Part shown: positions 27,423 through 41,136 of the stretch, in pieces
Layout: each line of letters starts with the position of its first letter
How positions within the stretch are numbered: the first letter of the stretch is position 1
Assembly: GCF_006345805.1 (NCBI RefSeq)
Contig: NC_043003.1
Coordinates: 41,602,001-41,666,000, forward strand
From: Octopus sinensis
Lineage: Eukaryota
Reading direction: 5' to 3'
Length of the DNA stretch: 64,000 bases
Position numbers and translations under genes: made by a program
Notes under the pieces: model-generated
The model's input: only the letters and a program-made list of their open reading frames with translations
The model's database searches: none
Told to the model about the DNA's origin: nothing

Positions 27423-29237
27423 CCACGTGCCTTGGTAGTTGCTCTCTATCTTAGTAATATCTTGGTGGAACCTGTTCTCTATGCTCATCACTCACTGCTC
27501 CGAACATCGGAGGGAAGAATTTGAGGTGGGAGCGGAGAAAGTGAATTTTGAGTGGCATTCGTCATCCCATATCCTCATAAGACTATAATAACGTCTCGAT
27601 ACACTCTCGGGAATCTAGTACCCGTGTGTTACCAAGGACGCCATGGCAGACTGCTCTCAAATTTCCTTTAAGTTTAGAAATTCCTCAAAGTCCTTATCTT
27701 CAGCACTGCTTCGATCTGTGGTCCGACGAAGACGCTGTCCCTGAAATGGCAGAACTCAGAGCTGGGAACGGAGTGCAAAAGTGTTGGAAGACAGTGCCAT
27801 TTTCGTCCATGGCCTTCGCGAAATTCTCCATTAAACTAAGCTTGATATGAAGAGGAGAAAGAAGCTCCTTGTTCATGTCCACCAGAGGCTTTTATTGGAC
27901 ACTGTCTTCACCAGGCATTAAAGCGCTCCTAGATCCTTAGGCCTTCTACTTATAGTGCTTGGACACAGCCCCACTGTTCCAGAGACAGTGAAAGCAACAT
28001 TACTTTGTGAAGCCTGCTTGCATACCTATAAGGTGCCCAATGATATTGAAGTCCCTATAGAGACTCCTCTGGTACTGGATGTACATGACAGCTTCCAAAA
28101 GGAGTTCCGTATTGTCATACGACTTCTTCAGATGGACTGAATAGGCTATGGGAACGATGCGTTATTTATTCCCATTCTGCAGTAGCACAGACCTCAGACT
28201 TCGCTTGGAAAAATTCTATGTAAAGATACCAGTCTAAGGTATTGTGTGGGAAACCAAGGAGGGTGAACAAGCCAGAGATATTTGTGCAGTAGCACAACCT
28301 GTTTTCCATATTGAAGTATGAAGCAAAGTCCTGGTTCTGTGTCCTGAAACTGATGATCCTTACATCTGCCTTAATCACATTTCGCTGCTTAAGCCGAAAT
28401 GTCAGGAGCTCTGACTGCTGCTTAGATACAAATCACAGGCAAGATCATTCAGGTTTTCTTGCGTGAACCAGCGGGGCTCATTTTTACTTGCTTGAATAAA
28501 CAGAGACATTGTCATCAGACGAGATCGACTTGGCAGAATCTTCACCGGAAGGCATCTCTTCATCCGATGAAGGAAGGTCATTATTTGCTGAGGGTGTAGG
28601 GACAGGGAAAATATCTAAGGGGGGAACAGGTCTCATAGCTGAGAGAAAGTTGGGATATTTGATCTTTTTTTCTAGAAGCATTGAAACTTGTAATATTTGT
28701 TAGACAAAAATAACAATCGCCTACGTGACTTCGTGACTCTCTCCTGACCACCAGGACAGCAAAGTTCAAGGTTGATTTTTGCCGTTAAACCATGCAGTTA
28801 GTCCATTGTAGCAAGGTTTACAACAGATTTGTCCTGATCTCCAATTTTACAGTCAAAATAATGAAAGTAAGCAGTTCTTAGAAGGAAAGCAGTTGTTCGG
28901 CACTGGGCAACTGTCGTGAAATATACCCCCCCCCCACACACACACACACATACACACTCACATGTAGCAGAATGAATTTGCCTTGTTGATGCATCCTCAG
29001 TCTTTTGAATTGCCTGACATCATTCTAGAGATATGTATCATACGTATCACAAAATCTGTAACACAAAATAAACATTTATCATATTTATCAATTTTAATCG
29101 TCACAAAATCATAATAATATATATCTCAAACACTAGAGGTAATGAGCTAAAACTGGTTTTCTATCTGAAATCAGTTCCCCAAAATTAGGCTAGAACAACT
29201 ATTTTTAAGTTCGCCTCACTTTCTCTGAAAACCAGTG
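27423..29237 (-). mobile_element. decayed Chapaev-type (CMC superfamily) DNA transposon, 5' terminus retained
   Basis: Collinear motifs: KIGDQDKS, CCKPCYNGLTAWFNGK, FAV...RE.RSHVGDCYFCLTNI, KIKYPN..SAMRPVP, LCYCTNISGLF, SPLHIKL.LM.NF.KAMD, RFHQDI..IE.NYQG.W. The terminus reads CACTGG from 29237. The family name is from motif recall. Confidence 0.78.
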
Positions 29238-30494
29238 TTATCTATGTATAAATTTTCTATGGACGGGATAAATTCCGATCATAATGTTTCAACATCAGCT
29301 TGTAGAAAACCAACCTTAATATACATGTTTTTAAAATATATTTATGAATGGGGTTTTGCTTCTGTGAGGAAGTTTTTTTGGTGTGTATTCATATATTTGT
29401 GTTTTGTTCAACATGCTGAATTTATTAATGCGCATATATAAAGAGTTAATATACAAACATATGTGAACGTACTTGATATTTATCATATCGAAGGAAAGAA
29501 GAATAGGTTATCGATCAGGATGGACAACAGAAAGCATGCCATATCAATTTGATATTAAATTGCAATTATCTAGGATCGCCATTTTATATTTGCACGAATG
29601 CATTTATCATAACATCGTATCATTACTCTGCCACCCCTTACAAAACACTCTCAAGTACACAGAAGCTCATTTATGATCACTCTCAATTAACAAACTCAAA
29701 ATAAGTTCAAGCGAATAAATCAAAATGGATTATTTTCTTGCAGTTCTCATCTCTTTTTGTTTAAACACACATATTATCGCACGAGAATAATCTAAATATT
29801 TGCCACCTATTTTGTTTTATTTTATTCTTGATATCATCTTCATTTTGGTTTTTAGATTCATTTTAAATTTAAATGTGATATATCTTTATTTTAGGTAATT
29901 TCGTAAAATTTTTGTCTGAATTTTCTAAATCCGTTTCTTTGTATTTTTGAGAATAAATTAGCGCATTATTTATTCTTTGATAGTAAATGACAACAGATTT
30001 TTTTATTTTTCTTGTGTTTATATTTGTCATCTCTTAATCACTCTCATATCTCTCTTATCAGTGGCAAGATAAAGCAGGATTTTAATTTATTTACAAATAG
30101 TTGTTGCACTTTCAAGCACTAAAAATTCCACACACATGGCCATTGTATCTTCAGTGCGATACCAACGTTTGATACAGCACATCCCTCAGTAGAGTATTTG
30201 TTTGTTTATTCTTGTTTTTCACACAAAGGCAGATATTCAGAGCCTCTTTCACGTCATGATGCTTTAACTATGATCTAAAAGAAAATTAAGTACAAAAATA
30301 TTTTCAAAATGATGAATGCTGAATTTATGCTACTGAAAAAACATGTGTTATTGCGAGGTATGCGATGGAACCCGATAGAAAGTTCAAAACTTCCTCTCCG
30401 CATCAGTAATAGTCTTTCGGCATCTGTATGTCTCAAAAGAGTTGTTACAAGATTTATATATGTGCAAAGTCTTTTAATTCCGCTCATTGATCTA

Positions 30495-31330
30495 ATGAGA
30501 GGTCGTTCTTTAGCCCTACTGGTAACATGTAAGCCAGTACAACCTGTTGCATGGTCGGGTCGGCTGCGACTAAATTGGCAAGTCCACCAAGCTTGCTTAT
30601 TGAGGAGGGTGATTGTTGGTCACCCTGTGGGACTAAAAATGTGACAGGTCAAACGGCGGAAGAACTATCGTGTTGTCAACGGCTAATTCAACAAGTACCG
30701 TGTCGCGGTGAAGTGTTTCTGTGCTCCATTGACCCAGAGAGCTATTTCTGGGGCGAGAGAAATCTTCAGGCAGATATTACCAGGTCATAGAGGTCGACAT
30801 GTAGGAGACGGAAAAAGCCTTAACCATTAGAGGAGTAAATCTCAATGACAATAAATCGAACTGTCGGCAGAAGGGCGTGGATGTAGCTATCGGCGGGACC
30901 TAACAGGTCAGATTCGTGACTTTAAACTAATAGGATGCCATTCAGAGAATCTTGAATACAAAACAATGGATGAGACCCTAATATTCTTAGTTAGATAGAA
31001 ACTGCGGGGCCACATAGAGGAGCGCCCTGTGACTCCTATAGTATGCGCAACCGAAACCCCTATGAATCCACGCATTAACAGCAACAGGGTTAGAGCGCCT
31101 GACTCAGACATTCCGGATGTTGAAGCAAATCGCATAGAGATTGATGAAGTTACTTCTTTAAATCCAACTGGAAGAGAAGTAGCTGGTAGCGAGGACAGAG
31201 GAATTAAACTTATGAACAGTGTAAAGTACCTATAAATTGGAATACTCAATGTAAGAACACTTAGGGAAAAAGAGAAACTTCAACAAATACAAACATCTTT
31301 GGAGTAGCTGAACTCAAGATAGCACATGAA
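30495..31330 (+). mobile_element. 5' UTR and start of the endonuclease of an RTE-clade LINE
   Basis: GC-richer UTR-like segment, then a reading frame leading into IGILNVRTLREKEKLQQI, matching the APE N-terminal motif I.T.NVRTL. Confidence 0.6.
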
Positions 31331-31341
31331 GAAAAAAAAAA

Positions 31342-32107
31342 ACTCTTTTTTTTTCGCTCACAAGTGGCTAAACATAGAGGGGACAAACAAGGACAGACAA
31401 AGGAGTTAAGTCGATTACATCCACCCCAGTGCATAACTGGTACTTAATTTATCGACCCCAAAAGGATGAAAGGCAAAGTCGACCTCGGCGGAATTTGAAC
31501 ACAGATCGTAACGGCAGACGAAATACCTATTTTTTACTACCCACAAGGGGCTAAACACAGAGAGGACAAACAAGGACAGACAGACGGATTAAGTCGATTA
31601 ACTGGTACTTAATTTATCGACCCCAAAAGGATGAAAGGCAAAGTCGAACTTGGCGGAATATGAACTCAGACCGTAAAAAGAGACAAACTACCTATTTCTT
31701 TACTACCCACAAGGGGCTAAACGCTGAAGGAACAAACAAGGACAGACAAACATATTAAGTCGATTATATCGACCCCAGTGCGTAACTGGTACTTATTTAA
31801 TCGACCCCGAAAGGATGAATGGCAAAGTCGACCACGGCGGAATTTGAACTCAGAACGTAGCGGCAGACGAAATACCTATTTCTTTATTACCCACAAGGGG
31901 CTAAACAGAGTGGACAAACAAGGACAGACAAACAGATTAAGTCGATTATATCGACCCCAGTGCGTAACTGGTACTTAATTTATCGACCCCGAAAGGATGA
32001 AAGGCAAAGTCGACCTCGGCGGAATTTGAACTCACAACATAACGGCAGACGAAATACCGCTAAACATTTCACCCGGCTTGCTAACTTTTCTGCCAGCTCG
32101 ACACCTT
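31342..32107 (-). mobile_element. family A SINE head-to-tail tetramer
   Basis: One complete copy (31876-32107) plus three head-truncated units, with junctions at 31875/6, 31691/2 and 31526/7. Confidence 0.9.
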
Positions 32108-32109
32108 TA

Positions 32110-32619
32110 ATAAGAGTAGTGTCAATAAAACCCTACTCTTATTGAACAACTTGAAGGTTGCACACTGGTAACAACAAGTACATGGAGAAATACTAATGGT
32201 GCTGCAGTAGGAGGAGTAGGATTAGTAGCGTTAGTACGCATGCCATCGGGTATAGTCTCTGGCCAAGGTGCAAGGCCAGAAGTGGTAGTGACTGCTTCTT
32301 GTTGCACAACCATATTTGCAGCAATAGGTAACGATTGTTGACCCTAAGCATCATATAAGCTCTTCGCATTTCTCTCTGCTGCTGAAAATGTAATAGCCAG
32401 CTGTGAATTTTCATCGCATCCATGAATTTGTTGTTGCTTGGCGTTTCCGTCGTTATTTGTTTGCCTGTCTTTTCCGCTCAGTGGTGCATTGCTATTCGAT
32501 GAGAGTCACCGATGTATATGGTAGCATAAATTGATCCATAATTCCAACCAAACGCTTCCTGTCGTTTGCCAGTTTCTCTTGCACCAGATTCATGCTTTCG
32601 GAACGACATCGCTTGAGAT
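32110..32619 (-). other. candidate exon or pseudo-exon of an unidentified gene
   Basis: Good acceptor TTGTATTTCAG|AT at 32620/32619 and non-repetitive, protein-like frames, but broken by a frameshift and a stop. No recognised homologue. Confidence 0.25.
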
Positions 32620-33756
32620 CTGAAATACAAGGTGTTCAGTAAGAATAGTATGAAATTTATTGCACAAGATTAGCGCATAATTTACAAATAATGTTACATA
32701 TACACGTAATACTTTGGGACTTATCAACAAGTATAAATACGTATCTTAGCCTACATGTATTTGGTTATGACAAACAGATGCAGGTGATACAGATACAGAT
32801 GCAAGATAAAAGTGTAATGTGTGGCCGTAAGTATAGTTACAGGACATGCAGTGAAATAGAAATTTTTAAAACTGCAATACATGTATTAAATACATTTCTG
32901 CGCGTTTTTCCATTTAGAGGGACGGTTCATTTATGGAGCATTTTTTTTTCAAATATCATTTCAAATAATGTATTTTCCCGACAGTAGCCGCGAATGTTTC
33001 GGTACTATAGAATCCTGTCACCCTATTTCAGTGGTTTTAATAACAACCGCTGTTTACCAAAATTTAAAAAAGAATTCGCTTTCAATTCGAATGTATTAAG
33101 AAAATATCATTCCTGAGTTTCCTTTTTCAATTTATGTGAGAAATAATGACCAGAGTATACAAAACCTACATAGGTAGGGATGTTCGTGGTACAATGTAAA
33201 GTTTTCACAAAAACTTTTGCAGATACAATGTATTACCATTTTATTTCTTGAAATTTTCAGTTAACATAGTTTAGTTGTTGTTCAACGTCTTAACCAAAGT
33301 AAATAGATGAATCATCTTCATACTTTGATCTTAACATGAGGCCCCTCACCCACAGAAACCCCCTGCGACTGTAGGGGCTGCAGGAGCTTAGAGATTGCCG
33401 TTTTCTGTAAAATATTTGATGTACCGTTAGAATATAAGTAAAGACAAGTGAAATCAGAAGTGCATACGAAAAGAACCTAGAGACAGGCTTTAAACGAAGC
33501 CATCTTCATTAAATGTGAAGAATAGATGGAAAACAAAGCTGAGGATAGATTAGCAAATGGCATCACAGTGTAAATAGTGATGACATAAGATCATGTTCTA
33601 AACATTTGCAAAGCACCTGCTTCTGCTAATAGAGGAATTGTTAAATATTGATAGAATTTGAGTTAGTCCAAAAGAAACGCTAAAATCAATTGATCCAGGA
33701 GAACCCGAACTGAACGACTTTCTGCGGTATATGAAAAATATAACTTTTCTACATTA

Positions 33757-33940
33757 TCTTTTAATTGTTTCAGTCATTTGATTGCGGCCTTAGTCGAGCA
33801 AATCGAGCATAGTACTTTTGTTTTCTAAACCTGTTACGTTTTCTGTTGGTCTGATTTTGTTGAACTGCTAGGTTACAAAGACGTAAACAATCAACACCAG
33901 TTGGGAGACTAACCAAAAACAAAGACACATACACACACCT
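33757..33940 (-). mobile_element. family B SINE, degraded 3' half
   Basis: TTTCAGTCATTTGATTGCGGCC...TAGTCGAGCAAATCGA matches the family B tail. Confidence 0.7.
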
Positions 33941-33971
33941 CCTTCCCAGAAGTTGCTGACCTTTTGCGAAA

Positions 33972-34052
<81 letters not shown>

Positions 34053-34072
34053 TCTCAATATCTCAGAGAGAT

Positions 34073-34401
34073 ATATGCAGTAGTGGTACGATAAAGTAGT
34101 TGTATACTGTCAACTTAATGTGACAGCCTCATGAAGGGATTCACACTACTGCTATTTAGCCCTAGGAAGCAGCAACGCTTCCTGTCGGTCTTGACACATT
34201 TCCTGTGTCCTTATGCTTACAAGGAGGAGATAAGCACTTCCACCCAGCTATGCCTGCATTCAGAGACTAGTTTCTGGGCCTTTGCTCGTCATCAGTCTGG
34301 AGTAGCATGGCCTGCAAGTTGGAAATGTCTATCTAGCTCTTATAAACGTATAAGAATTCTAGTGAAATGAATCCACTGATTACAAAAGTAGAAATATTAC
34401 A
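34073..34401 (-). mobile_element. family D: ~330-bp non-coding, hairpin-rich element with a hammerhead, flanked by a 22-bp duplication
   Basis: TTTCT(C/T)AATATCTCAGAGAGAT at 34051-34072 and 34402-34423. A second partial copy lies at about 24600-24770. Confidence 0.7.
34261..34299 (-). ncRNA. minimal type I hammerhead ribozyme motif
   Basis: CAGA-CTGATGA-CGAGC-AAAG-GCCCA-GAAA-CTAG-TC-TCTG. Stem I CAGA/TCTG, palindromic stem III ACTAGT, GUC cleavage triplet; stem II has 3 of 5 pairs. Confidence 0.6.
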
Positions 34402-34423
34402 TTTCTTAATATCTCAGAGAGAT

Positions 34424-35640
34424 GGGACTCCCTCTCCTTGCGGAGCAGTTCTCCAGGTAGATAAGTAATAGGAAAATGTGATGGTCATGGTGACCAAGCT
34501 CAACCAGAAATGAGCGAAGAGGAAGTTGTCTCTGAAAAGACAGGTGGAAGGAGCAAGTGTACTACTGCCTAACCACTGTAAGTTGTCCCAAGAAAACACT
34601 GATCAAATTGGAACGCTTGCTGTTTCGATTCTTATGGAAGTGTCGAATGCTGCTGGTCAGAAAAGCCTGTTGTCAACACCCACTTTGTGGTGGTCTTATG
34701 AGATGCCTCCTTTGATGAAGCACCACGCATTGAGGCCGACGCACCAGCAGAAAAGTCTTAATCACGGCGATATTCTAAACGACGGTGACAAAAACAAGAG
34801 TGAACTGATGTAGGCTTCCTTCGTGCACACATCTTTCCGCAGTTTATCTCAATGACGCAGCTGCAGTCATGGGTCAAACGCAGACCAAGATTGGGCGTTC
34901 AGCATCTATATTGTTGCTAGGCGCACACTGCACTTTACAGCTAGACAAAAACCTTAGTGATAAAACAACTCAAGATTTCTATAGGGGGTTATTTGAGGTT
35001 ATGAGCGACGATGGCCTAGCATTGATTCCGGGCATCGACGAGAACGGCCAGAGTGGTCTCTTCCGATGGACGTTCGGGTCGAAAGATCATAGAAAATTTC
35101 CAAAAGTCTTTGGCAGGGCTGTGCTAAAGGGGGCATTGTCTATTCGAGAGACTTCATGCATGGAAATGCCAAACGCCGAACCTGCCAGAGATGCATCCAA
35201 GGAGAAGACGAAGCCTTCTAAAAGCAGTTGTTCAGTCTACCTATATTAAAAACTTGTGGGTTTCCGTTGAGAAGTTACTGCCTTGTGTAAGTGAAGATCA
35301 ACGCACTACATTCATTTAACAGAGACGGAAGGCAGATCCTTCTCTACTTAGTGGATGTGGCAAATATGCTGTGTAGTGGACCTTTTTGAAAGGTTTGAAG
35401 ACAGGTATTTTCCTATCTGGTCAACCTCTCATCAATCTTATTTGAAGAGGAAAGTGTGGGAGGATGTTGCCATCTAGTGTATCTATCAAAACGTGGATGA
35501 GAGTGTAAAGATTGGTGCGACTGAATGGATCTACACTGAGTATGTTTTTCGAAGTAGAAGGAAAGAAACTGGAAGAGGGCATTTTCCCATTCCTTGAAGA
35601 TGGCAGGGTAATCCAATCCGTCTTTTGAGTGAGGTTCACT
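34424..35640 (-). mobile_element. heavily decayed L1/Tx1-like LINE fragment
   Basis: GC-richer block with scattered post-RT-like peptides (HPLSREG, WRTF-like RPERPSEE, DKLRK); many stops. Confidence 0.4.
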
Positions 35641-35845
35641 ATGAATTACCTTTAGAGGTCTCTTGAGGATTTTATTTATTTATTAAATATTTATTCCTCT
35701 AACTTCCACTTTTATATCCTTTTTATATCTTTTAATACTGTTGTGTCTCCATCTGATCGATATAAACCCCACCTGCTTTTGTGTGTTGTATCGCGTCCTT
35801 TGCTATTGTCCTCCATGCCTTAGGTCCTTGGGGCGAATAAAATAA

Positions 35846-35905
<60 letters not shown>

Positions 35906-38702
35906 CAACCAGAGAATGTATTTTGGGATTCTCTGGTAGAACATCTTGCTCTGTGGTGTAAGTTTATCCATATTGTCTATAAATTCAATTAGACGTGGTT
36001 TAGTAGAAACAGGTGTTTCTAAGTCATGAAATAAAGAAGTCCTTGTTAGATAGACGTTGGCAAGTGCCAAATTAAAGGAAAAAGACTTCATAAATTGAAT
36101 TAATAAATAAATACAAAGCTGAAACAATGATATTTTCGCTTTTAACTCGGATCTAAAAATCTAGGAAGCTTCAGTTTTTGCTTGCTTCATCAGCAGTTTC
36201 CTTTTTCCATCCCACTCTACTCTTTAATCTTCCCACTCTCGTTTGCAGTTTCTCTCGACCCTACTGACACTCCTCGAAAATTGAGACGTGAGGCTCTCAT
36301 TATTCGACCCGTGAGAGACCGCAAGGAATTAGAAATGAAAAGAACTCGCGACCTATCACATAGATGGCCGATACTGACATCTTATCAAAACTTACTGTTC
36401 CACCTCTACACATTAATACAATAACTGTGTTATTTATTTATTTATTTATTTATTTCAAAAAATATAATAACGACTTTGTTGAAATAATCTTATGGAAGCT
36501 GATTTTTAATTTTTGTCGAGATAAAACTGTTTTCCTCTCCGCTGTGTTTTGTACGTGTATTTGGTTCTCCAATCGTTTTAAAAAGAAAAAAAAATTGGTG
36601 AAATATAAAAATATTTTAAATGTAGTCCGGTGATAAACATGTCTGGCAAATAACAACAATTTAATCAGTTTCGTGACTACCCCATGCTAACACTAATGTT
36701 CTCAGTGATAATATATGGAATATTGGTATCGTTATTGTTGTTCTGTTCTGTTGGTGGTGATGGTGATATTAGTCATGTTAGTAGTAGACGTCATTACAGT
36801 GGTGATAGTCCTGGTTGCTATGGTAATACAAATTTAGTTTGGCTCTGATAAAGTTGCATATTTGTTTTTGATGATGATGATAATGTTGTTGCCTTCGTAT
36901 TAGCTTCTATATTTAACGCTAGATAAGAGAGAAACGATTTTAAATCCACGGGAATTAGAAAATCTTATCCACATGTGGTTTCTAATTTGTTGGTGGTATT
37001 TTCAAATTTTGGCCTATGGTGCTGCATTACTGCAAAGATAAACGAGTTAAACTTCAAGTATTCTGAATGCAATATCTCTGTCAGTGTTCTTTGGCTTATA
37101 TCGCACCTGTCCACACAAAACTTGCATGGGCAATCGATGCATTAAGAGAGCGTATCAAATATATCGCAAGATCGAATCAAGGCATTTAAAATTGTGATTA
37201 TATAAACAGTTTACATGAATGTGAAACTGATGTAGTAGCCTAATAGCATCTCTTTTTCCCGAATGACAAAATACACATGCAAACACATAAATATGCACAC
37301 ACATACATGCGTGTAAATATTTTCACATATACATCGTTTATACAAATGATTTCAAATTTGGCATTTATTTGACTACATACATTTACTCATACATACAGAG
37401 AATGACACACACACACAAACGTACACACACATAGATACACACATACACATACATTGGTACGTAACGTGTAGGAGGGTATTTATTTGTATGTATATATATT
37501 TATATATATGTGTGTGTATAAATATTATGCATACTCACATATACATATCTAACGACCTCACTTCCTTTATACATACATACACACATACATACATACATAC
37601 ATATATATATATATGCATATACATATGCAGACACACACGCGTGTGTGCGTATGTATCTTTATGTATTCATGTGCGCACTCTAGTATACGTTTGTGTATAA
37701 ATACACATGTATGTGTTTCCTATTTATATTAGCGATGTTCATAATTCTCCTTTAGAAATTTGCAAAGATTCAGATACTTGCCAACGAATATCAATTTAAA
37801 AGTAACAACTATGTTAATCTGCTTGAACATATTCTTTTTCTATAGCATCAAGCATTTCTTTAGAAGATTGTCCGAATATTCGGAGTACATTTCATTAGCA
37901 CTTTATTAATCTTTATACCTTTTCTCTGATATCGTAATTGAACTTGGCGGAAATCTAAGCCGCAACTCGTCGTCTTCTATGAACAAAACTATAGCAATTC
38001 TAATTGATTTCTCTATTGGCACTACCATAATCAGAGTTATTAATTAAGTTGCATGTGTTTACCTTATTGCCTGAATTAATACTATTAATGAAAACCTAAT
38101 CAAATTCATCCTTCTATGATAATTTAATTAACGCTTGTAATTTACTTGGATAACTTTCTCTTGAGACTTTGGACAAGAAGCGGTTAGCATCAGCATTCTC
38201 AGAGTTGGGGGTTAAATGAACACGAGAACTAGTAGATTGTTGCATTACGTCACATTATACTGACAATGTGATATGATTTTATTTATAAATAGTTTGTCAT
38301 CTGTTAATCAATATATTTAAGGTAGTCAACATCTAGAAATTCAGGCTGAAATTAATATTTCATTACTAGTTTAGTGTTTCAAATGTAACATATTTTACTG
38401 AGTCGTGACAGAAGATGAGAAGACAGAGGGCAGTAAAATTGACCTATAACTGCCTTGTCTCCAACCCGCTACACATAGTGAATTTTGAGCCTGATAAGAT
38501 TGAGCTTAGTTTGAATATCTGAACATGGTTTGAAATTTGTGGTTTAGGTGCCAGTGCTCCTGAGGTCAAGGCTGAAATGATGAAGTCCATCATCTGAAAT
38601 ATTTTTAATATTAGCCATTAATATATATGTATGTAAATAATAAAATACATGAACATTTTCACTACGTACCAATATAGATTTCAAGTTTTATTACAAGACT
38701 AG

Positions 38703-39370
38703 CAATTTCGGGGGAGAAGTTAAATCGATTACTTCGACCCCAGTGCTCAACTTGCACTTATTTTATCCATCCGGAAACGATGAAAGCAAAGTCGACCTCG
38801 ACAGCATTTGAACTCAGATAGTAAAGACGAACAAAATGCCGCTAAGCATTTTGCCTGTCGCTTTAACGATTCTGCTTGCTCACCTCTTCATACTGCGTAC
38901 TAATACCAATACATATATTTCTTTCTCTATTGCCCACAATGTGCTAAACATAGTGGGAAAAAAACAAGGACAGGTGAAGAGATTAAGTCGATATCATCGA
39001 CCCCAGTGCGTAACTTGTACTTATTCAATCGACCCCGAAAGGATGAAAGACAAAGTCGACCTAGGCGGAATTTGAATTCAAAAAGTAATGTCAGACGAAA
39101 TACCGCTAAGTACTTTACCCGGCGTGTTAACGTTTCTTATTTTTTTACTGCCCACAAGGGGCTACACACAGAGGGGACAAACAAAGACAGACAAACTGAT
39201 TAAGTCGATTATATCGACCCCAGTGCGTAACTTGTACTTATTCAATCGACCTCGAAAGGATGAAAGGCAAAGTCGACCTCGGCGGAATTTGAACTCAGAA
39301 CGTAACGGCAGACGAAATGCCGCTAAGCATTTCGCCCGGCGTGTTAACGTTTCTGCCAGCTCGTCGCCTT
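38703..39370 (-). mobile_element. cluster of three family A SINE copies
   Basis: Three body motifs GATGAAAG(G)CAAAGTCGACCT(C)G; the last copy is complete to GCCAGCTCGTCGCC. Confidence 0.85.
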
Positions 39371-40878
39371 AATACGAATACATATATTACATATAGTAAT
39401 GAACTAAAAACATGAATTAATACATGCTAAAATAATTGCCCACTTAAATACATATACATATGTATATGGTATATAGGAGTGTATATGTATATACATAAGT
39501 ATATAGGTTTGTATATGTGTATATGTGTGTCTCCAGTTGAATCCTTGACGAATAGCCCTAGTGTCAAAATCCTCTAGTTGCAAACTTTAGCTTTTGTAAA
39601 CACTGTCAAATTTATTCATGGTGACGCCCTCCCTCTTTCTCTTCCTCTCTCCTTATCCTTCTGTTTATCTTTTCTACCATTATTATAAAGCTTCTCTTCG
39701 AATCTGAACTAGGATCATGCCTCTTCCATGCTAGCATTCAATTCCCAATTTCCTCTTCTTTTTTTTCTCTCAATGCCTATTTTATGCCTACCATCTACAC
39801 ACGCTGCACTAATAAGTTTGCCCATATTTTTTCTTCTCAGAATTCGGCTCTCTAAATTTCCCTGCCTGCTCATATCATTCCCGATGGTATTGTCTGATAA
39901 AGTCTGTTATTGGTCTAGAAGTGCATGCGCATATGACTGTCACTGCCCTTCCTCCACTCCCAGCAGATAAAAAAAAATAAAGAATTAAAACTGATTAATA
40001 TTTTTTTTTATTGGACGTGTCGCCCATGTGGAGGCTCTCTCACCGTCGTGTGGTTTTATTCATAACGATATTGCAATTGTCAGTGGTCTTGTTTTTCCCC
40101 AGCTGAGACTTGAACAAACAAATCTAAATATTCAATGGTGTTGCATTTGTGACACCTCTGGCGTTTTCTTAAACGCAGTATCTATAAAATCCCCTTTGAG
40201 CTTAATCATATTTTTGAAAAAATTGTTTCAAATGCGAAATCGATTGACCATGCATATTTACAACCTATACATATTAACATATTCATATGAGTAAAATGTC
40301 TTATATTTATAAGAGAATGAAGTTGATTGAACTAACACCCAGTACAATAGAAAATTCATTCTGCCGACACCAAATTATGAAGGGAAAAGAAAGCATTTAT
40401 AAGATTTAAATTTATATCGTAAAGAGATGTAACAAAACTATAAATATATATTAGTTCCATATATTTACTGGGCATCGCCGTCTACAAAAATAAAATATTA
40501 AATTTAAGCTAATAAAATTTGTAAAATTAACTATATTCTTGTAAACACTAAATATTATAAAGTGTATCATCTTACCTTCCAGCAAAAGAAATTTGCATTA
40601 TAGACATTTCTTGTTAATAGTCTATTGTTTTACTTTGCCTCCTGTTGTTGCTAAAACGAACGGTAATTAACTGGCTACACCAACTGACGAACACCTACAG
40701 GTAAGAAGAGGTATATTGTAAACAAAAACGTATATATGTTCTTGCACAAATTCGCCTAGACAGTAAGATATAACTTCATGGTAAGGTCTGAGTCATTTAG
40801 TAATGTTGAAATTATGCTTATTTGAATTGTGTTATGAAACTTGTTTGTCTCTCTGTACACATACATGTATGCGTGTGT

Positions 40879-41136
<258 letters not shown>

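Noticed and set aside
31342-32107. CRISPR-like regularly spaced repeats
   Set aside because: Units are ~165-230-bp SINE monomers with no unique spacers and no cas genes, in a eukaryotic context.
34869-35249. 126-aa plus-strand ORF
   Set aside because: Lies antisense to a decayed LINE-like fragment; no recognisable domain.
40630-40705. Plus-strand donor CAG|GTAAGA
   Set aside because: No convincing acceptor, reading frame or partner exon was found.
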